Positions 58,104-64,000 of a stretch of DNA of 64,000 bases are shown piece by piece. The notes under the pieces were generated by a model. The model did no database searches. It was not told where the DNA came from and was given only the letters and a program-made list of their open reading frames with translations. Origin of the DNA: an uncultured Gemmatimonadales bacterium (GTDB lineage: Bacteria > Gemmatimonadota > Gemmatimonadetes > Longimicrobiales > RSA9). Location of the stretch: positions 608,001 through 672,000 of the forward strand of contig CAWCRS010000005.1 of NCBI GenBank assembly GCA_963798085.1, given 5' to 3'. The position numbers were made by a program, and so were the translations under genes. The stretch's first letter is position 1, and each line of letters opens with the position of its first letter.

Positions 58104-59441
58104 TCAACGGGCTGCCGTCTCCGTCCATGCTGGCGCCACCGGCGCCCCGGCGCCGGCCGCTGCGTTGCGCAGCAGCTGATCGCTCTCCGTGTCCAGGTCG
58201 ACTTTCGTGATGTCAGGACGCAGGAAAAGTGAAACCGTCCAGTCGAACACGATGCGCAGGCGAGTATCCCAGCGCGGCATCTGGAACAGATAGTACGTGC
58301 GCCGCAGCCACCAGGCGAAGAAGCCGGTGACCATGAAATGGCGGAAGCGCGCCGCCGCACGCGTGCGGCCCAGCGCCACCATGGTACCCAGCATGCGGTA
58401 GACGAAGGGCGCAGGCTGCCGACCCGCTGCCACGGCGTGCACGTTGCGCGCGACCGCGCGGCCTTCGCGAATGGCGTGCTGCGCAAGCGCGGGGTACGGC
58501 TGGCCATCGGGGCCCGGCACGAAAGCGCAGTCGCCCAGCGCCCACACCTGCGGATGGCTGACACTGCGCATCGTCGCATCCGTGATGATGTGGCCTCGCC
58601 GGTGCCGCTCGACCGGGATCCCGCTGGCCGCCGTGCTGGGCGTGATGCCCGCGACCAGCACAATGGTGGCCGCATCGATCCGATCATCGCCCCAGTGCAC
58701 GCGACCCGGCTCGATGGACTGCACACGCGTGTTCGTGTGCAGCACGGCGCCCCTCTTCCGCAGCACGCGCTGCGCATAGGCCGCGAGATCCGGCGAAGAC
58801 TCGGGAATCAGACGATCGGCACCTTCGAAGAGGTGGAAGTGGACGTCGTCGTGTGCAATGTGATGGTAGTATCGCAGCACGGCATCGGTGAGCGCTGTCA
58901 GCTCACCCAGCAGTTCGACACCCACCAGCCCGCCGCCCACGACGACAACCGTGAGCAGTGCGCGCCGTCGTGCTTCATTGGTCTCGACATCGGCGCGCTC
59001 GAACTGCTCGATCAGGTGGTTGCGCAGGCGCAGTGCATCAGCCACGGTCTTGAAGGTGCCGGCGTTGCTGGAGCCGTCGATCAGGTGCGTGTTCGTCGTC
59101 GCGCCCAGCGCCACAATGAGCTGGTCGTATGCGAGCGCATCGGTGCGACCGTCGGACGCGCGCACATGCACGATCTGCCGGTCCACATCCACCTGTTCCA
59201 CGGTGGCCTCGACGAACTGCGCGCGTTTCAGGCAGGGCCGGATGGGCTGCGCGCAGTGGCGCAGCTCGAGCACGCCGGAACAGGCTTCGAAGAGCAGCGG
59301 ACTCAGCAGAAAGAAGTTGTCGCGGCTCACGAGCACGACTTCGACATCGTGCCGCCCCGCGAAACGGCGCTCGAGCTGGCGCGTGGCGGCCAGGCCGCCC
59401 ACGCCGCCACCGAGCACGACAATGCGCATGTTCTGCTTCAT
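58104..59441 (-). CDS. ndh: Type II NADH dehydrogenase-like FAD-dependent oxidoreductase
   Basis: IVVLGGGVGG, YDQLIVALG, VVVGGGLVGVE, WALGDCA and PALAQHA. Confidence 0.88.
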   Translation of the reverse strand: MKQNMRIVVLGGGVGGLAATRQLERRFAGRHDVEVVLVSRDNFFLLSPLLFEACSGVLELRHCAQPIRPCLKRAQFVEATVEQVDVDRQIVHVRASDGRTDALAYDQLIVALGATTNTHLIDGSSNAGTFKTVADALRLRNHLIEQFERADVETNEARRRALLTVVVVGGGLVGVELLGELTALTDAVLRYYHHIAHDDVHFHLFEGADRLIPESSPDLAAYAQRVLRKRGAVLHTNTRVQSIEPGRVHWGDDRIDAATIVLVAGITPSTAASGIPVERHRRGHIITDATMRSVSHPQVWALGDCAFVPGPDGQPYPALAQHAIREGRAVARNVHAVAAGRQPAPFVYRMLGTMVALGRTRAAARFRHFMVTGFFAWWLRRTYYLFQMPRWDTRLRIVFDWTVSLFLRPDITKVDLDTESDQLLRNAAAGAGAPVAPAWTETAAR

Positions 59442-60031
59442 GATTCCTTCTCGCGCGGCCGCTGTGTTGGAATCAGGCGGCCGGCTGCCGAGTCTTCGAT
59501 CAGGCAATCCAGCCGCCGGCGCCGTGTTGCCTCGCGTTTCGCACTCATGACCCACCACGCCGCCAGTTTGCGGTACGACGGCGTTTGCGCCTGGAAGAAC
59601 GACCACGCCTTGCGCTGCGCGCGCAATGCACGCTCGTACTCGGGCTTCATTTCGACGTGCTCGCGTTCGTACGCGTAGCGGCGCGAGCGTGCCTCGTCGC
59701 GCGCCGCGAATGCGGACACGCCAGCGGGCCGCATGCGGCCCAGCGCGAGCAGCTCTGTCGCGCGATCAATGTTCACCGCGCTCCATATGCTGCGCGCGCG
59801 CCGGGGCGTGAAGCGGATCACGTAGCTGACGTCGTCGAGTGATTTGCGGACGCCATCGATCCAGCCGAAGCAGAGTGCTTCGTCCACCGACTGCGGCCAC
59901 GTGATGCTGGGCCGCCCGCTGCCTTTCCTGTAGAAGCCGACCCACAGTTCCGTCGCCGACCCGTGATGCTGGTCGAGCCACGCGCGGAATGCTTCTGCTG
60001 ATTCGAAGAAGGCCGGAGTCACGCCCACCAT
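59438..60031 (-). CDS. YdeI/OmpD-associated family protein
   Basis: FRAWL..HH, VDEALCFGWIDG, RFTPRR..S.WS.VN and SAKRE.TR.RRL. Confidence 0.92.
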   Translation of the reverse strand: MVGVTPAFFESAEAFRAWLDQHHGSATELWVGFYRKGSGRPSITWPQSVDEALCFGWIDGVRKSLDDVSYVIRFTPRRARSIWSAVNIDRATELLALGRMRPAGVSAFAARDEARSRRYAYEREHVEMKPEYERALRAQRKAWSFFQAQTPSYRKLAAWWVMSAKREATRRRRLDCLIEDSAAGRLIPTQRPREKES

Positions 60032-60729
60032 TCCCTGAGACGTACCAGCGGCTCGCCGGTGACAGGCGCACCGCACGCGCGTACAGATTACCCGCGCGCG
60101 TGCTCAGGTTTCAGGCGAGATGGGCGGGGTAGCCAATGCGTGGCATCGGGGAACGGTCTCGTGCGGCCGCTTGCGCAGCTTCTGCCTCGGACGTCTGGTT
60201 CCATTTCCGCCAGCAGCCGGCGAGGCGCGGCCGGGCGCCAGGCGTCGCGCAGCAGCTGTTCCTTCTGCAAAGACACCCATCCAGCCCCTTGAAGGTCAGG
60301 TCTTGCGGATGGAATCGCCCGATCCGGTTGTGGCAGGCAGGCGCGCGCATAACACCGGGTTACCGTCCGGTCGCGTACGCCGCGGCGCCTGTGTGCAGTT
60401 CGCACTGTGCCTTCCCACGGCACCACTGCGCTCCGTCCATGCCCGGCAGCGTTTGCCTCCACCGCGTACGCGTGTGCGGCGCCGCGGGCCGCGGGGCTGC
60501 GGCGGCAGGGGTGCGGGGTGCGGGGGTGCGGGGGTGCGGCGGCGTTCGCCATTGCGTAATCTTCACCAGCGGTGCCCGTGGTCCACCCGTCGAGGACCGG
60601 CGGGGAGCGGGCACTGGTCTGTGACCTGCGACCGGGTTCACCCTTGCGGTGCAGGCCGGCTGTGCGTTCCGGATCAACGCCCGGCCGGCAGTAAGCACCG
60701 GCGGGCGCGCCCTAACGGGAGGCTCCATC

Positions 60730-61365
60730 ATGGCGTTTTGCGGGCGTCTGTCATTTCCATGCAATGTGGCCCCACTGCTGCTGGCCGCTCTGGTGAGTGG
60801 CTGCGGCCAGGGCGGGCAGGGCAATGCGCCGGCGGCGGACACGCAGGCGCTGAGTGGCACGGACCGGCTGCTGCTGGCCGCTGCGAAGGTGGCACTGCCG
60901 CCCGCCGGCGTGCGGCTCGAGGACCTGCCTGACCCGGAGTCCCCTGGCGCACGCAGTCTGCAGGCCTATTGCACCACCTGTCACGCGCTGCCCAGCCCGG
61001 CCATGCATTCCGCGACCGACTGGCCCAGCGTGACGCGGCGCATGTGGCTGCGCATGGGTCTGCTCGATCCCAGCTACAAGATCCCCGTGCCCGAGCTGGG
61101 CGACCGCATCGCGCTGCTGGACTACCTGACGAGCCATGCGATCAAGGTTTCGTCAGCAACGCTGCCCGATGCGCCCGGACGCGACGTGTTCCAGAAGACC
61201 TGCAACCAGTGCCACGAGCTGCCCGATCCGCGCCAGCACTCCGCGCAGGACTGGGTGGTCGTGGTGCGGCGCATCGATGGGCACATGCGCGACATCCTGC
61301 ACAAGGAGCTGAGCAGCGCGGACACGGAAGCGATCGTCGGGTACCTGAGCCAGGTCTCGAAGTAG
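60730..61365 (+). CDS. Diheme cytochrome c lipoprotein
   Basis: VSGC lipobox; CTTCH and CNQCH, each followed by LP.P..HSA.DW..V.RR. Confidence 0.88.
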   Translation: MAFCGRLSFPCNVAPLLLAALVSGCGQGGQGNAPAADTQALSGTDRLLLAAAKVALPPAGVRLEDLPDPESPGARSLQAYCTTCHALPSPAMHSATDWPSVTRRMWLRMGLLDPSYKIPVPELGDRIALLDYLTSHAIKVSSATLPDAPGRDVFQKTCNQCHELPDPRQHSAQDWVVVVRRIDGHMRDILHKELSSADTEAIVGYLSQVSK

Positions 61366-61413
61366 CAGGGCGTACGCGGAGCGGTGCGCCTGGCGCCGCT
61401 CCGCGCTTTCAAT

Positions 61414-63593
61414 TCAGTGCGCTGCCTGAGCGGCGACGGCCCCCGTCTGCTGCAGCAGGAACGTGAACTCCATGGCGGCGTCGGCAATCGCATGGCTGAT
61501 GCCGCGCCCGCCCGCATGACCCAGCCTGGGATCGTAGTGCAGGATCACGGGAAGGCCCGAGCGCGTCGCGTGCTGCAGCCGGGCCGCAAAGCGCCGCGCC
61601 TGCAGGGGCGGGACCCGCGTATCGAGGTCACCGGTCTGTATCAGGATCGCGGGGTAGTTCGTGCCATCGCGCACGTGCTGATAGGGCGAGTACTGGCTGA
61701 TGGCTGCGAACTGCTCCGGCACGCTCGCGTTCCCGTACTCGAGCAGCGCCGGCATGTTGTTGGTGCGTGTGAAGGTCCAGAAACGCACCATGTCAAGGTC
61801 CGGCAGCCCGACGTAGGCGGCGCGGAAGAGATCGGGCCGCTCCGTCAGCGCCGCGCCCATCAGCAGGCCGCCGTTGCTCACGCCGCGTATCGCCAGGTGC
61901 GCAGAACTCGTGTAGTGATTATCGACGAGGTATTCGGCGGCGGCAATGAAGTCGTCGAAAACATGCTGTTTGTTCTCCAGCCAGCCGGCACGGTGCCAGG
62001 TCTCGCCGAATTCGCCGCCACCGCGCAGCGTGGCCACAGCCCAGAATGCCACCGCGCTCCACCCACAACGCGGCCATGGGATCGAAGCGGGGCAGCAGGC
62101 TCACGTCGAACCCGCCGTAGCCGGTGAGCAGCGCCGCCCGGCTGCCGTCCATGGGGATGCCTCGCCGGTGCATGACGTACATGGGTGCTTTCGTGCCATC
62201 CTTCGAGGTGTACGTCACCTGCTCGACTTCAATGCCGGCCGTGTCGAAAGGCACGTCGGACTTCTCGTAGACGGTGCGCTGGCCGCTCGCCAGGTCGATG
62301 CGCCAGGTGATGGACGGCTGCGTGAACGCGGTGAGCGTGAGCAGCGCGGCGCCCTTCCCCGCTCCGCGGATGCTCGCCGTGGTGTGCGCCGGCACCGCCA
62401 CCTCGCCCGCCGGCATGCCATCCACGGTGTAGACCGCGATGCGGTCGCCCACATCGTGGATGTAGGTAACGTAGAGTTTGCCATCAATCACGCTGAAGCC
62501 ATCCATGGCGTCGTCGCCTTCGGGCACGATGACCTTCCAGCTGGCCGGCTCGGGATGTGCCAGGTCCACCGTGACGATGCGACCCTTCGGCGCGTCCAGC
62601 TCCGAGCGCATCCACAGCTTGCCGTCGATGAACTGCGGCGCGAACTGGGCATCAATGCCCTGCGCCACGGTAATCGTGCGGTGCTGCGCCAGGTCCTGCA
62701 CGAACACCTCGTTATTGCGCCAGCCGTGCTGCACGGTGAGGAGCCGCAGGCGGCCGCCGTCCACGTCGCTCATGTCGAGGAAATCGGTACGGCGCGTAGC
62801 CCTCGCCGAAGATCACGCTGTCGCGCTCCATGGAGGTGCCCAGCCAGTGCCGGCGGATGCGCTCGCCGTCCGTGCGCGAGCGGCGCCCGTAGTAGAGGCC
62901 GCGCCCGCTGCGGTCGAAGGAAATCGCGTTGTAGAGCGCGGGCGGCAGACTGTCGGGCAGTTCCTTGTGCGACTGCAGATCGAGAATGCGCACGGAGAAT
63001 TCGTCGCGGCCGCCATCGCGCACGCCGTACGCCAGCAGGCGCCCATCCGGTGAGAACGACTGGATGGTCAGGCTCACCGTGCCATCCGGATTGAACGAAG
63101 CGGCGTCCACCACCTTCTCGTAGTCCCCCGCGGGATCGACGGGGCCCGGTGATGCCGGCGGTTTGCGCCGGTAGATGGACGCGGTTTCGTCGCCTTTCTT
63201 CCGCAATGTGAAGTACTCCCACTCGCCCGCGCGGCGCGCCCCGCTCGCTGCGGGCACGTCCATCAGCTGGCGGAAGCGCTGCTCCAGATCGGCGCGCAGC
63301 GGCGGGTGCCCGATGATCGTGTCGGCATAGGCGTTCTGCGCGTCGATCCAGGCGCGCACCTCGGGATCGTCCTGATTCTCCAGCCAGCGGTATGGATCCT
63401 CGAAGGCGACGCCGTTGATCGTGTCGACCACCGCGACCCGCCGGCTCTCCGGCGGCGGTGGATACGGCGATCGCGCACACGCGGCAGCGACCAGCGCCGC
63501 CAGCAGTGACAGTCGGGGAAGCCGCCGCAGTGCGCTCTGTGCGGCGGCCGGCGAAGTGCGGCGTCGAGGACAGGTCGAAGACTGGCTGTACAT
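61414..63593 (-). CDS. Prolyl oligopeptidase (S9A) lipoprotein, frameshifted near 62050 and 62780
   Basis: EDPYRWLE, GYGGF, LRGGGEFG, GVSNGG, DTRV and GH spread across three frames. Confidence 0.88.
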
Positions 63594-63847
63594 GGCAGGC
63601 ACCGGTTCGAGGTCTCCGGGGAATGGCGAGCGCTGAAGATGGGGGACTCGTGCGCCGCATACCAGTCGCCCCGCGAAGTAGCGATCGAGCCGCATCGGCG
63701 GCAGAGGCAATCGGACAACTGGGGGGTGGCGCGCGGGCCGCTGCGACCGAAAGCTGTGGGCGCTCGCGCGCCGCGCCGTGGCTGCCTGACCGCGAACCGT
63801 TGCAGGGCAGCTCACTCGCGACGCGACCGGAACCGTTTGCGAAGGGG

Positions 63848-64000
63848 GTGGACGTGTTCTCGCTGTATTACATTTTCAAGTTCATCCACATCCTGGCGGC
63901 GATGCTGTGGCTGGGTGGCGCGGTCACGCTCACAGTGATCAACGGACGTGCGGCGCGTGCGAAGGACCTTGCTTCGCTGGGCCAGCTGGCACGGCACACG
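63848..64000 (+). CDS. DUF2269-like membrane protein, 5' part (runs off the window)
   Basis: Translates as ..LYYIFKFIHILAAMLWLGGAVTL.. Confidence 0.7.
   Translation, partial: MDVFSLYYIFKFIHILAAMLWLGGAVTLTVINGRAARAKDLASLGQLARHT

Noticed and set aside
1..64000. Mobile elements, prophage or defence systems
   Set aside because: No transposase, integrase, phage structural, restriction or toxin-antitoxin motifs were recognised.

Overview
This is a 64 kb window of very GC-rich bacterial chromosome. The gene repertoire (PadR/ADOP orphan-permease modules, 6-bladed beta-propeller lipoproteins, a carboxypeptidase-regulatory-like protein, a TPR/CsgG-like lipoprotein, a BlaI/M56 pair) suggests a Gemmatimonadota-like soil bacterium; this placement is inference only. 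I found about 45 genes, mostly for envelope and stress functions, regulators and peptidases. I saw no rRNA, tRNA, CRISPR array, integrase or transposase. Several genes carry single-base indels (SLC13 permease, one ADOP permease, prolyl oligopeptidase, and a heavily broken S9/DPP-IV gene), which resembles long-read assembly error. The most notable signals are: (1) a ~120 nt untranslated leader before an ankyrin-repeat gene (57951-58072, minus strand) that can fold into two mutually exclusive structures, one hiding the Shine-Dalgarno sequence, making it a candidate riboswitch or protein-sensing leader; (2) a tightly coupled operon of TPR/CsgG-like lipoprotein, beta-barrel and Ig/FN3 surface proteins (21877-28347), a candidate export or display system; (3) five ATPase-less ADOP permease genes, one of them collapsed to ~114 aa; (4) two ArsR-SRPBCC operons sharing an AACCATATGGTT palindrome over their start codons; (5) a PolX lacking its catalytic aspartates, a cysteine-free DksA/YteA homolog with a duplicated 5' end, and a degenerate PrsW coupled to a zinc peptidase. 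All family assignments come from motif recognition by eye; no searches were run.
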